This document shows positions 34,308 through 49,850 of a stretch of 64,000 nt of DNA, piece after piece. The notes beneath the pieces were generated by a model. The model was not told the origin of the DNA, made no database searches, and was given only the letters and a program-made list of their open reading frames with translations. Source of the DNA: the human T2T-CHM13v2.0 reference genome, Homo sapiens; the NCBI RefSeq assembly GCF_009914755.1, contig NC_060935.1; one strand, 5' to 3'. A program made the translations under genes and the position numbers. Position 1 is the stretch's first letter; each line of letters opens with the position of its first letter.

Positions 34308-34415
34308 CTGTGAGTCCTGCCACGGCAGGGGCAGCACAGGGGCTCCCTAGGGCTCCATCCCAGGAGGTGGCAGCAGGGATTGGATGGCCCCTCCTTGTCA
34401 TTCACTGTTGTCTCT
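34308..34415 (-). other. UCP3: UCP3 exon 1 (non-coding); TSS approximate
   Basis: CAG|GTAAG donor starting at 34307; TATAA about 25-30 bp upstream of the inferred TSS. Confidence 0.8.
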
Positions 34416-34439
34416 GCTGCTTCTGGCTTGGCACTGGTC

Positions 34440-34466
34440 TTATACACACGGGCTGACCTGAAACCT
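34440..34466 (-). promoter_or_regulatory. UCP3 core promoter: TATAA (34440-34444), -55C/T site (34450, C allele), DR1 element AGGTTT-C-AGGTCA (34454-34466)
   Basis: Motifs read directly; consistent with the described proximal nuclear-receptor element of human UCP3. Confidence 0.82.
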
Positions 34467-34824
34467 TATCCTAGAGAAGTTGGTTGACAGCCTGATCACT
34501 TGACAAGAGGCTGGCTGGTGAGGGCAGTGAGGTGAGAGGGGAGGTGAGTGAGTTCCAGATCTGGTTCAGTCCTCTTGACTTGGGGTGCTTTAATATAGCT
34601 CCTTTAAGCTGTGGACGCTTCCTTGGTGACAAGGGTGTATGGGGGGGTGGACCTGCTGCCACTTTTGAGTCCAAAGGTCAAGGCCTCCCACGATAGGCTG
34701 GGCACAGCTCTCCCAGGTCTCTTAATAATAATGTCATTTCTTTGTGCCTACTATGTGCTAAATATTTTACATACATTACTACTATTTTCCACAATCCTAT
34801 GAGATAGGTACTATTAGGATTCTA

Positions 34825-35370
34825 TTTTTTTTACTTTTTTTTTTTGTAATTTAAAATTTTTTAGTAGAGACGAGGTCTTGCTGTGTTCCCCAGGCTGGTC
34901 TTGAACTCCTGGGCTTAAGTGATCCTCCTGCCTCAGTCTGGCAAAGTGCTGGGATTATAGGTGTGAGCCACTGCACCCGACCTAATTTTTTTTTTTTAAA
35001 TTACAGATTTATTGATATAGAATTCACATACCGTACAATTCATCTGTTTCAAGTGCACAATTCAAATGGTTTTTAGTATATTCTGAGTGGCACAACCATC
35101 AACACAATCTATTTTAGAACATTTTCATCACCCTCTCACCCTGGAAAAACTCCATACACATTGGTAGTCACCTCCCTTCCCCCGCTCCCCAGCCTCAGGC
35201 AACCACTAATCAATCTACTTTCTGTCTCTATAAATTTGCCTGTTCTGAACACTTCCTAGAAATGGAATCATCCAATATGTGCTTGTTTGTGACTGGCTTC
35301 TTTCACTTAGTATAGTAATGCTTTCAAAATTCATCCATGTTGGAGCCTGTATCAGTATTTCGTTTCTTTT
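34825..35370 (-). mobile_element. Alu monomer (34825-34985) followed by an L1M 3' fragment upstream of the UCP3 promoter
   Basis: Antisense Alu and L1 3' UTR motifs. Confidence 0.8.
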
Positions 35371-37433
35371 TAGTGCTGGGGATCCTAAAATCTTACCACT
35401 TATTTTACTGAGGAGGAAATGGAATCTCAGGGAAGTCATGTAGCCAGCACGTGGCGGGGCCTGACTCCAGCCTGTAAACTGTAAGGCATTTTGGGCTTAT
35501 CTACTGTGACCACCATTCTCTCCAACATGACACTTGGAGGCTTTAGCATGGACACTGCTGGAGCCAAGGGAGCTGGGACCTGGTGGAAGGGTGCCCCACA
35601 GAAGCTACTGGAGGCTCCATCTGTGGGCACTCAGAGTAAGGGCTGGGCACAGCTGAATCGGGCCCCAGGTGATGGGGGAAGGGGAGAAGAAGAAGAGAAG
35701 GGAGGGGAGGAGTGAGAAGCAGAAGGGAGGGAAGGAAAGGGAGTTAACTGGGTAGGGCAGAGGAGGAGTAGGCAGAAGTCTTTTCTGGACTGGGGCACAG
35801 AGCCAGCGTCACAGGGCAGGTGGTCAGAAGCATGGATGTTCAAGTGCAAAGCTTGGGCTGTACCTGTCCTCTTCCTTGGACCAGGCCCTGACCTTAATGT
35901 CAGCAGAATAAGCAGCTGCATTAGTGTTAAGAGGGAAGTGGCTGTCAGGGCTGCTGAGATTAGGAAGGCTCAGGAAGTAGGTTCTGAGCTCCATCTGTAA
36001 TTGCTAGTCTAGAGGTGATGCAGTAAATTGCAGGGAGTCTGTGGGGGAAGAATAGAGTAGAAGCCCAAACCAGGAGGCAGCAGGCTCTGGAGAAACCTAG
36101 TGGGAGGGAGGGCCAGGCTCTCTTTAGCTTGGGAGCTTGAGGGCAGGGCCAGGTCTGCCTGCTTTGGCTCCATGTCCTGAGGCCAGCCCATGCTAGAAGT
36201 CCGAAGGCTGCCTGCTCTGGGTTGGGATGCAACCAGCCTAGGGATCAGAAACACCTATTCACAGGTCTCTGTGGAGGGAGGGCTCAAAGGGAAGAGAGGC
36301 AGCCACTGGCTCGTTCTGGTGGTGGGAACACCTATCTCATGCCTTAATCCATGCCACACGCCTGGTCAAGTCATTTATCTCGGAGTTGGCACTGGGAGAT
36401 AGATTCAACTTCCGGGGATAAGATATTGATAAATAACACACTGTTTTGAAGTGGAGGTGGGAGGTCTCCACCCTCAGGGTCCTTTTGTGTTATCAGAGGC
36501 TGCTCTCAGCCTGGGGTAGGAGTGTGTCCTCCTGACCCCGATCAGGTTGTCTGCGGGAGCTGGAGTGGGATTTGGAGGAATATTCTTTACCTGGGGCTTT
36601 CCCCCTCAGGCCTGGGCCCTGACTGCCCCTCTTTAGGTCCCCTGGGCCCCAAGGGAAGTGGGGCCCTGGGCCTTGAATGCTCTGTGCTGGTGACTTGAGA
36701 GGGAGGCTGGCCTCTGTGGTGCTGGGGAGGGGTGGGCTGGCAGGCGTCGGAGCAGAGATAAATAGAAGCGGGAGGGCTTGTCACCAAGAAGGCAGCACCC
36801 ACTCCTTCCTTGAGGTTCCCGCATCATTTTGCACCCTCTGAGGCCCAGGAGTGCTCTGCCTGCCCCAGTGGCTGCATGCTTGCCTCTCTACTGGTTTGCT
36901 CCCGAAAGTCAGGAGAGTGGGTGGGGCTGACATTTCCTAAGCTTCCACCATGTGCCAAAAGTAGGCGAAGCACTTTCACAAATGTCATCTCATTTGATCT
37001 TCCTCACAACCCCATGAAGCTGGGGTGATTATCTCTGTTTTACAGACGAGGCCACAGAGGCTCAGACGCAGTGAGACTGGTCTCTATCTCCAGCTGCACA
37101 CTGCTCACAGGCTTTCCTGGCTCTCTCTCTATAGCTGTCCACAGCCTGGGCCAATTCTCTGTGCTCACCCCAAGACCTGTCTCTTCTAGGAAGCCTTCCC
37201 TGACTGCCCCAGCCCACATGGTCTTTCTCCATGAAGTCCCTAAATTCAGAGCACTTATTGGCTGTACCTTGTTTTGATTACTGAAAGCAGTAGCCTTGCA
37301 ATACCTCTGGGATTTCTTGTGTGGTTAATCACTTCCTAACTACACAAACAGAGGCAAAACACTGAACTTACAGAAACTCTAGATATCATAATATCTAGAG
37401 TTAGAGAGCTGTTTTGAGGACTGAGTGAAGTGA

Positions 37434-37810
<377 letters not shown>

Positions 37811-38066
37811 TCCATGGCCCTTTTCTTGTCCTCCCCACGGGGCTTTGTCTGATGGATTTCAAGCATCAGCAAAGGAAATACTGGGTGTCACTGTCATCTG
37901 GACCAACCTGATTCTGGAGGAGCCAGAAGTCTCATGGTGATTGATCTTCGTCTGCGTGGGGTGTATGGTTGTTAATCTTTCTCTCTGGCAGTTAGGGCAC
38001 ACACGAATTCCTAGCATCCCCACTCCAGCGAAACACTTGTGCACAGATTACAAACACCAATATGAT

Positions 38067-38072
38067 TTTATT
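38067..38072 (-). terminator. C2CD3 long-isoform polyadenylation signal AATAAA
   Basis: tttatt on + strand ~650 nt after the stop; GT-rich sequence downstream on the minus strand. Confidence 0.75.
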
Positions 38073-38714
38073 CAAACACAGGCAAGAACAATGACCTTCA
38101 GAGCTGGGTAAAAATAATAAGTTAAAAGCATGGTTAGAATTTTAGACAATCAGATAAAAAGTTTGAAGGAAGTGATTTCCCCTTCCTCTCCTAATTGATT
38201 AATTCAACACAGCATAAAAATAATTTGTATCTATAAAATATCCTTGTTCCCACACAAATGAACTGGAGGTGGCCCTAGGATTTCCTTGACTATGCACAAT
38301 GCACACAATCTACATGTCCCTCCTCCCCAACTTTTAAGGCAAAAATGGTCCTGCATCTTCAGGCAGAGGGTGGGCTCATGCCAGCAGTCAGCTGTGTCAA
38401 GGACACTGGGGGGCGTTTCTCCACCGAAAGATGCCTGCTTGGGTCCCACTTGGGCGCGGATTCCATTTTATTTCTAGCCTTTGCCTCACCACAGAAAAAA
38501 GGAGCTGAAATTCTGGCAAGTGGACACTGGACTGGTTTGGGGCACTCCTCCAGTCTGGGCTGACCGGGTCTCTTGAGGCATCCGTGGCCTAGGCAAGTGG
38601 TGGTTTCAGGACTGTGACAGCCCTGAAGGAGCCAGACCTGGTGCCTCCTGCAAGCTGGACAAAGCTGACGGAGGGTGGGCAGGTGTCTCCTTCCCCCCAG
38701 CCCCTCAGGCTGCG

Positions 38715-38855
38715 TCAGTCTTTCTGGGAGTACTGAGAAGAAAATATCCGTGCAATCCTGAGAGTTTCTTCCTCAGGCAGGTTGAGGGGGAGCGAGTTAG
38801 GTCTGGGGCGACAAGGCCTTTGGGAGAGAGCTCCCCTGGTGGCTTCGCTCTTGTC
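38715..38855 (-). CDS. C2CD3: C2CD3 last exon, coding part (DKSEATRGALSQRPCRPRPNSLPLNLPEEETLRIARIFSSQYSQKD*)
   Basis: Pyrimidine tract + CAG acceptor at 38856-38858, phase 0; TGA at 38715-38717; recognised C2CD3 C-terminus. Confidence 0.9.
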   Translation of the reverse strand, partial: DKSEATRGALSQRPCRPRPNSLPLNLPEEETLRIARIFSSQYSQKD

Positions 38856-39849
38856 CTGGAGAGGAAGAAGTCAGCTAGGTTACCACTGAGGATATGGCAC
38901 CACCAATGGATGACGCTGGTTTCTCTCATCTTTTGGTCCTTTGGTTAATATTTATGTAGAGCTGCCTGGTTTACAAAGCGCTTTACGTACCTTATCTTGC
39001 TTGACCCTTACCTCAACCCCATATGGGGGGTATATCATTCTCCCCATGTCGTGGATAAGGAAACTACATTCAGGTGGAATAAACTCAAGGTCCCACAGCT
39101 CTGAGTAGCAGAGCTGGGACGTGAACCCCAGCCCTGACTCTTTCTGTGCCTCTGGAGAAGGAGGCAGCGTCACCTCCAGGATAGGTTTGAATCCTCATCC
39201 CTTCTCCTGTTGCATGGCTTTAGACAAGTCATTTGTCCTCTGGGTTTAGTCCCATGTGTGATGCTGGGAACATATCCAACTCTCAGGGAGATGGCGGTGA
39301 ATAATACACTCTCTGTTTGGCCCTTTGGAGCTCCTGGAGTTGCCAGGTGACATAAAGCACCTACCTACTGCTTGGCTACCAAACTTTGATCTCTCTGACT
39401 CTGGCTGACAGGGCATCACTAATTCCGCCTTTAAGGTACTTAAACCTGTGGGCTATGGTATCATGGTCCTCTGGACTCCTCTAACTCATTTTTCTTTCTT
39501 TTTTCTTACTCCATGTCAGGCTCCTGTGCTGAAGGAGCTCAAAGCTATACAGGAAAGCCATCCCAGACAGCTGGCTGAGAGCAAGGCCCTGGGGAAGAAG
39601 TGGGGGCCTGATAGGGGAGGGGGCAGTTCTGAAAGGAGATGGGAGCAGCCTCCACAGGCAAACCTGGCTGACTTCATGGCATGCAGCTTGCTCTTCCCTG
39701 TCATCAAGTCCCATGAGCTGAGGCTGTCATAAGCTGAAGGACTATTGAGAGCACACTGTACCACTTCCTGGGCACTGAGAAGAAGCTTGGTGGAGACCCT
39801 AGAGACTGGGACCACCTACCCCCTGCAGTTCTGCTCATGAGAAACTGAG

Positions 39850-39897
39850 GCCCAGCGAGAGTTGCGCCCAGCGAGAGTTGCGCCCAGCGAGAGTTGC
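39850..39897 (+). repeat. Perfect 16-bp tandem repeat x3 (GCCCAGCGAGAGTTGC)
   Basis: Read directly. Confidence 0.95.
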
Positions 39898-41119
39898 TTC
39901 TGGCATCAGTAACATTCAGTTATTCTTTCTTTCATGTCTTCAATCTTTTTTAATACCTACTTGAGAGGGGCGCAGAAATAAACAGAACTCCGTTTTAGGC
40001 TTTCTCAGCTCAGAGTTAAGCCCTGGAGGCAGAGAGATCTGCCTAAAGAATTAGAATTGCCAGAATGAGATAAGGGGAGTGGAGTCAGGCATCCCTGATC
40101 TACTGCCTGGATGTCAGTTTCCCACCCATGAAATAGAAGTGTGGATGGGAAACCTTGAGGGTCCCTGCCAGTCTAGAATTCTAAGTGCCAAGGGAATGTC
40201 TACAATCTGGGAAGCTCTCAGTGCTATGAGCCCACAGGCAGCCTTTCCTTATAACCAAGAGCAAAGTGATACTAGGGCTGGGCTGCACAGCAGAGACTAG
40301 AAGATCTATCTCCCTGCCTTCTAGGCAGGTCTAGGCTAGAAGGGAAGAAGGAAACCCACTTTTTGCTGGTGTTTGCAGTTCTTCCTTCCAAAATACAGGA
40401 AGCACCTGCACTGCATGATGCCTCAGACCAGGGGAGGCCAGTGGCCAGCCTCTGCCTGTTGCTCTCCCACTTCCACACTGGGTGCTCCTGCAGGGCACGG
40501 CCTGGGTCTGAGGCTTGGGATCCCAGCGAGGCCAGTTCCAAGACAGGAGCCTGGGAGCTGCTAGACCAGTGTGGGTGGGACCAGGCCAGGGTAACCACAG
40601 GTTTAAATTGGGTGGGGAGGAGACTCTTTGTAGTAAGCTTCTCATTCATTCATTCTAGAACCAGTGGTTGTTGTCCTACCATATGCCAGGTCTTTAGTTA
40701 AGTTAAACTCTCTCAGGCTCTATGTAGCACTTTAAGCTTGTGTATATCTTTCTCTACTCCCAAGATCCAAGATGGCTGTTTCCTGAGCTATTTGGGATTT
40801 AGGATGACACAAGTCCCATTCCTGACCCCCAGCTGTACTGCAGGTAGATTTTCTGGGTCATCAGTTGTATCTTACCTTCCATTTCTTTCTCTGCTACTCT
40901 GAAGGGGAAGTAGGGAGATGTTTGTTTTATGAGCCAGATGGGAAAACAGGCCTTAGAGCATAGTATTCTATCTCAAATCCTAAAACCAGGCATTTGTTTC
41001 CCCATTTTCTAGAAGAGATGTCTTCTCTGTTTTAGAGAGACTTAGATGAGTCTTGTTCTCCATGGCTGGAAGGGCCAACTACCTCAGTTCATGAAATGAC
41101 CATAAAAAGACCTCTGTTG

Positions 41120-41415
41120 GGCTGGGTAGCTCACGTCTGTAACCCCAGCACTTTGGGAGGCCAAGGCAGGGGGATCGCATGAGTCTAGGAGTTTGTGACC
41201 AGCTTGGTCAACATAGGGAAACCCTGTCTCAAAAAAAAAAAAAAAGGAAAAAAAAAATTAGCAGGGTGTAGTGGTGCACACCTGTGGTCCCAGCTACTCA
41301 GGAGGCTGTGGTGGGAGGATCGCTTGAGCCCAAGAATTCAAGGCTGCAGTAAGCCATGATCATGCTACTGCACTCCAACCTGGGTGACAGAGGAAGACCC
41401 TGTCTCAAAACAAAA
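41120..41415 (+). mobile_element. Alu (old, J-like)
   Basis: Diverged consensus dimer. Confidence 0.85.
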
Positions 41416-44400
41416 CACCTCTGTTGGTGACTCATCAAACTTTTCAGGAGCCTAAGATCTAATCAACTTGATCAACTCTTATGGACAACAGGCAGACGTG
41501 GTTCCTGTTGTCATAGGGCTGCTCAGCTAGAGAGAAGACAGACAATGAGCTACCCAACAATCACAGAGATGAAGCTTAGAGCTTGTGAGCACTGAGAAAA
41601 TAGCAATTAGTAACAGCTGAGAAAGTCTGGGGCGGCTTCACAGGAGGTGGGCTCCAAGATGGGCAAGGTCTCAACAGAAGCTGGCTGTCAGGTGAGGTCT
41701 TTCATTAGAGGGAACAGCATGAGCACAGACCTACACCTACTGGCTGGGCCATATCTGCCCTGGAGCTGAATCGTGTGTGGCACCAACCTTCCAGCACTGA
41801 TACCCTAACCCAATGACCTAGGGGGCCTTATCTGCAAGGCCCAGGCCCAGGAATCAGAACAAGGACAAGGACAGGGCTTGGCTCTGTGTACAGGGCAGGG
41901 GCGGGGTGTGGAAGGACAGAGAACTCACACTCAGCAGCATTTTGCTTTTGTTGACCTCAATAGGGTTTAGAAACCATCTTGACTAGTAGTGAAGATTCTT
42001 CCTTCATCAGGACTGCTACCCTAACACACAACCCTGGTGGGGTTGGCCAGAGGCGAAATTGGCCAGAGCAGGGATACCCTCAAATGTATCATCCATTCCT
42101 CTGAAATACTCCTACACTTCTGGCTGTAGACCTGAGGGCACAAGAAAGTTGTCAGCAGAACATGGGCTTTGTGGGAGGCATCAACCTTCCTGGGGAGGCA
42201 GGAGGAACACACATGGAAGCAGGATCGTCGTAGCTGGAGGGGCTGCAGGTGCCTTGGAGTCTAGACAGCGGGTGTCATCCATGGGGTGAAGTCCCTGGAG
42301 CAGGAACTTAAACATGAAGGTGGAATGTGAACAGACAATGAAGAGAGAGGGTATGCCACGTGGAGGTGCAGGTTTTGTGAGGAAGGAATTTTCTTTGCTA
42401 GGAAAGTGGTGGGGGTGGATAGGCTGAGCTGCAGGTATGGAGAACAGCCAAGACAAACCTATTACTAGAAGAGGGGTTGATGCTGGTTGAGGAAGTTCCA
42501 GAATGTCTGGGGGGAATTTGATCTTATTCTTCTTGGACTTCAGCGAGCTGATCTGTAAGGGCCTTCCCAGGGAACAGGGATGGGGTATTTGACGACTGTA
42601 CTAGGCTGAAGGACAGAACTGGCTTTCCTGTGGACCGGGTGTCAAGCACGGCAGTAGGCCAGGGGCTTTCAGGCTGCCCCATTAAATCCTACCTCATCCA
42701 TACATGGGACCTGTTCCTTTCTGAGTACCTGGACACCCAGGTCATGAACATGATAGGCCTCTCTGATAATAGATGTGTCTTAAAAGAGCCTTCAATGCTA
42801 AAGATCAGACTTTGCTGGGGAGAAAATGGAGCACGTGGAAGGTGTAAGGAGTGGTTTGGAAAGAAAATGTGGGGCTTCCTGAGGCTCTTCAAATTGAGTG
42901 GCTAACCCTGCATAAGGAGCTGGTTCTAGTCCTGGCTCTACCACTTCTTAGCCAAGCGGTGTTGGGCAACCCACCTTCTCTTTGGGCCTTGGTTTGTGCA
43001 TCTGAATGGGATCAGGATGAGCAGATAATGCAAGAGGAGGCACTCTATAAACCACGGGCTTATCCCGGCCCTTGGCTCCTTCTCTGGTCTGCTCCCTGTG
43101 ATGCAGACTCTTCTCCAAAAGCTCTCTCAGGAGGGCCTGGCCCTCTTCTTTGGCCTGGAACATGATCTGATCCCAGCCACTGTGTTCTAGGTTCTCTTCA
43201 CTCCAGCCCCCAGATGGATTCCTCGAACAGGCCACATGCTCCCAGGGGTTGGTGGGTACAGGTGCCCCCACTTACCCCTGCTTCCAAGTATCTGAGGGAC
43301 TTTCTCAGAGGACAGGCAATGGAGTGCAGTGGAAGGGACACTGGTCTGTGGCCCAACCTAACTGTCTCACTCACTCAAGACCAAGATGCTTTCTCACTCT
43401 GGGTCTCTCTGGGTCTTAGCTTCACTGTCAAGTGGATCTAAGAACTTCTGTTTGGTCTTCTTATCCAGGTCTATGCTGGGTTCAAATAAAATTCAGATAT
43501 GGCCGAGGTTCTGACCAGGTATAATATCTTACAAAACACAGAGGCTAAGATGGAGCTAGAGCCAATACCAGCTGCAGACCCAAGAGCAAAATGAAGCCTT
43601 GCTGTTCTCAGACCCCATCCCTGGCAAAGGGTCAGGCCCCAAAAGTCCTGAGTAGAGCTGGGGTACAGGATCTCCTGTACTGAGGTAAGCAGTGCTAGAC
43701 CAGGCAAGTTCTCCCCGCCCCACTGTCTTCCCCCCTTCTTTGGTAACAGTGAGCCTCTGGTCTGGGATGAGGGCTAAAGTTCTGTTCTTTTCCACAGTAG
43801 CCCCTTTAAGTGACATAAACATTGACTCAGGAGCTGAAAACTGAAAGTAAACAGCCGCCTGGGTCTGGCTGGCTAGGTGGACCTGCCAATGGATTGCTGC
43901 ATCAGAGGCCGAGTGAGGGCTCAATATAGCTGCCTGCCTTGCTCAACTTTCACCCCTTTGGCTGGCTGCCTTTCCCTGGGGTGGCTCTCAGAGTCTGGCC
44001 TGGACTAGAACTTCCTTGATACTACAGAGAGCAGCAAACTCAGCAGCCACAAGTAGGAGCAGAGGGGAAGTGAGGACAAGGCACTTAGACTAGAGGCCCA
44101 GCCCTGAGAGGCAAATCCCAAATCTGACCTGCTCAGCCCGGCTGCCGCATGGCTCTGGTCTCATGCTCTGAGCTCACCCTCCATGCCTAAATTAGAGGTC
44201 TGGTCATGTGGTTCTTATTACCGATATGCTCCCTCCGTGCCACACCCCACCTGATGCCACCCTCTCCTTACTCCAAGAAGCCTTCCCGGACAGGCCCATT
44301 CTACAGGGCCTACGTCACTCCCTCACCCTGGGCCTTAGTCTATGCTACGAAGGGGCCTGACTAGGGCAAGACTCCTCAACCCTTTTTTTTGTTTGTTTTT

Positions 44401-44917
44401 TTAAACAGGGCCTGGTTCAAAAGATGATCCTCAATCTTCTGAACCCAAGCTCTGCCAGAGAGAGGGCTCCAAAGTCCAGGTTTTGAGAGGGAAGGGTTAA
44501 AAGTTATACTCTTACAAGAAGAGCTCCTGGCTCCTCCTGGACTCTGGCCTCAGAGTGGCTCAGGCAACCTGAGACTAGCACCTGCCCAGCAGACCTATGA
44601 GCCCCTTCCTAAAAAGTGTCTGCCAACTTGCAGTCTGGGCCAGGGTGGCGCCAGCCAATTTTGGCTGTTTCTCCTGACCTCTATACACCCGTGGCCAAGT
44701 TGCTTATCTTCTAAAAGCTCTGTATGGCCTTTATCAGAGATACTTTGACCTTTAGGTCTCTCTTAGGCTCTGCAGAAAGCTAGGGACTTGGTGGTTTAAT
44801 GAAATGAGGCAATAGGTCAGGACCTCTTGCCCCAAGAGGGGCAGCTCAGCCGTCAGGCCTGGACCACAGGCTGAGAAGAAACCCAGGATCAGTAAGTTCC
44901 CTCAGGCCCCCTACTGA

Positions 44918-45181
<264 letters not shown>

Positions 45182-46149
45182 TAGACATGTTGCTGAGGAC
45201 CTCAGAAAGTCATAAGCAGAGACAGGACAAAAAAATCAGGCTTGCTGGCACCTCGATCCTTAGTGATGTCTGAAGTGCTGTGGTCTGGCTGAGTACAAGT
45301 GAGAACATCGGGTGGGAGTGGGTGGAAAACTCAAGGTTTTAAGGGTACCCTCATGCCTGGCCTTGTCTCATACTTTCTGCCTCCTACACTCACTCCTTAT
45401 GAATAACAGTGTCTGGCCCGATGCCTGTGGTTAATCCAGGGGCCCATTCATGATGTGGGCAGAGCGTGGGCTTAACACAGGAAGGCACAGAGCAAGACAA
45501 GGCTCACCTCATGGTAAAGAAGTGCCATGTGGACAGGGCAGGGAGGCCAAGGCTCAGAAGACAGGCTGCTTCTTGTCCTTTGCTTCTAATTCCTATCTTG
45601 TTTCAGTCCAGGCCCATCTCTTCCCATTTCTGACCATGTCTCTAGCACACAGTGCTTGTACCTTCTGCTGTCCAACTTCTGTTGATTCTAAGGTTTCTTC
45701 TTTTCAGATCCACAGCATGAAAAGCCTTTCCTTTATCTTTGTTGAATTCAACTTAAGCCACCCCACATGGCTCTGTCTTTCTTTTCCTATACTCATTCCC
45801 TTTGCTTTACTTCAGTGCTAATATAGGCAAATGTCATTTGAGGAAATGAGTGGTTTGGAGTCCAGTGCGTTTCCAAGAACTGCGAGCTCCCTAAAGGCAG
45901 GGTCCACAGCATGAGGGTCCTAGCTCTTTCAGCATGACAGGCAGTTGGCAGGAGTTGGAGGAACTTAGATATAAGGCTGGCTCCCCAGGGAACTGTGAGT
46001 TCCCCGAGGGAAGCTCCTGTCTTCTGCACCTAGCTCAGGACTGTGGCTTTGCACATTTGTTAAAAGATGCAAATTTCAAGTCTGAGGTCAAAACTATCTT
46101 CCTACTTTCTGGCCTGCCTATCCTCAGGCCCAGCTCTAGTTCTCCTATT

Positions 46150-47900
<1,751 letters not shown>

Positions 47901-49429
47901 AGAAGACACAGTCTGAGGAAGACAACATGTAAAGCAAATTACTGCCGTTCTCATCGTCAACCTCTCTCCTCCCCTGTATGGAAGTTGATAAAACTAGTTT
48001 GTCCATCAGCAGCTGAGCAAGCAGAATCACAAAAAACTTTTAACAAAATCAGGAAGCTGTCCCAGTAAAGAGTTACTTCATCACAAGAGGGAAGAGAAAG
48101 CAGGGGCAGCGGAACTTGATTGATTTATAATGAATTTGGAACTGCAAATGGATCGCTGTGCTGCAGTCCTGCTAAACCAGCCATCGTTCTCACCCCTTTT
48201 CTTTTTGCAGAGGCGACAGCCAGAAGTTGAAGTAGCATGGGGTGGGAATTATGGGCTGGCCCCTATACTCTACCTGTGTGGCACTCGTTATTCTACAGTA
48301 CAACCACCCTGTGAGGCCTGATAACCCCATTTGACAGATGAGAAAGCAGACTCAGAAAAGTCCAAAGATCTGACGAATGTCATACAGGCTCCTGTATCCA
48401 CTCTACTGTGGGAGGAGGGAGGGGAAATCTGTTTCACAGATGCTTCCAGTGGAGACTGGGAGGTTCCTTGGCTCAGGTATATCATTTCAGTGTGGAGTGA
48501 AAGATCAGGTCTTGTCTTCGATCATGTGGGGAAACCAGGGCAATCAATCCAGCAATTACGAGCCCTCTCCTGTTTCAGGGATGGGCTGTTAGCCCTGACC
48601 CGGAAGCAGATCAGCTTTAGTATAGCAGTCCTAGGACAGTGGTTGAGAAGAGCCCTGCAGCCTCTCAAAGTGCTCCTCTTCAGTTGTGAGGGCCAAGGCT
48701 GGCCTTAGGAGGAGGCAGAAGAGGTGGAATTCTCAAATGTGGATACAGGACAGGGCTCCTGCCCTTGCCTCACTCCCTCTCACTTAGAGCTGCTGACTGT
48801 GCCTGAAGCATCACTGAGAAAACAGGAACTTCCATCAACTTGAAACCCTACCACCAATCTCTAATCCTGTCTGCTTTAGCACCCATCTTCTCTGCCTTCC
48901 TTCATGATATTGGGTGAGTTTTCTTTTTCCTCTCAAAAGGCCAATACCTCCATGTGTGCTCTAAATCCCACACCCTTTCTTTTCCCCCTCTCCTTTTTCT
49001 CTCCCACTCCTGTGTCTTCCCCTTCTCCCTTTCTCTATGGGATCATTGCATTAGCACATAGAAAGCTGCAGCCTTCCCATATTAAAAAACAAAAACAACC
49101 TCCCTTGGTCTCGCATGCCACTCCAGCCACTGTCCTATTTCTCTGCTCCATATTCACAGCCTAATTTGTGGAAGGAGTTGGTGTCTCCATCTTGTTATCA
49201 TTCAATCACTGTATAATTTTAATGACATATGATTATGTGATTTCATACCAATGAATACCAATGAATCTATGTAACAACAGTAAATCATGAAGCACAAGAA
49301 AATGAACATCTGTAAACCCACAACCCAATCTAAGAATCGAAACATCTCTAATACTGTTGAACAGATCTTTATGTTCCTCCTCCCCTATCCCATTCCCCTG
49401 CTTCTATCCCATTCCCTACCTCCACAACT

Positions 49430-49850
49430 ATGAACACTGTAATCAAACTGTTGAAAACTAGAGATAAAGAGAAAATCAAACAAGAAGTGAATAAAGGTCA
49501 TGTTACATCCAGTGCAAGAACAATCAGAACAATGCTTCTTATAAGAAACAATGGAGGACAGAAGACAGTGGAAAGGTATCTCTAAAATGCTAAAAGAAAC
49601 AACAAAAATTCAAGTTAGAATTCTATATCCAGTAGAAAAAAAATCTTTCAAAAATAAAGATATTTTCAGACAATTGAAGCTGGATAACCAGTTACCAGTA
49701 GGTCCACACTATGTGAAATTCCAAAGAAGTTTTTCAGGCTGAAGGGAAATGGTCCCAGCCAGAAATCAGGATGTGAAGAAGAAATGCAGAACAACAGCAA
49801 TAGTAAGTATGTGGGTAAACAGAAAAGACTATTTTTGTCTCAAGTTCTTC
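49430..49850 (+). mobile_element. L1 ORF1 fragment
   Basis: MEDRRQWKGISKMLKE…RILYP resembles the L1 ORF1p motif ARRQW…RILYP. Confidence 0.75.

Noticed and set aside
38705-38929. 74-aa ORF over the C2CD3 last exon
   Set aside because: Wrong frame; the spliced phase-0 frame (DKSEAT…SQKD*) is the real one
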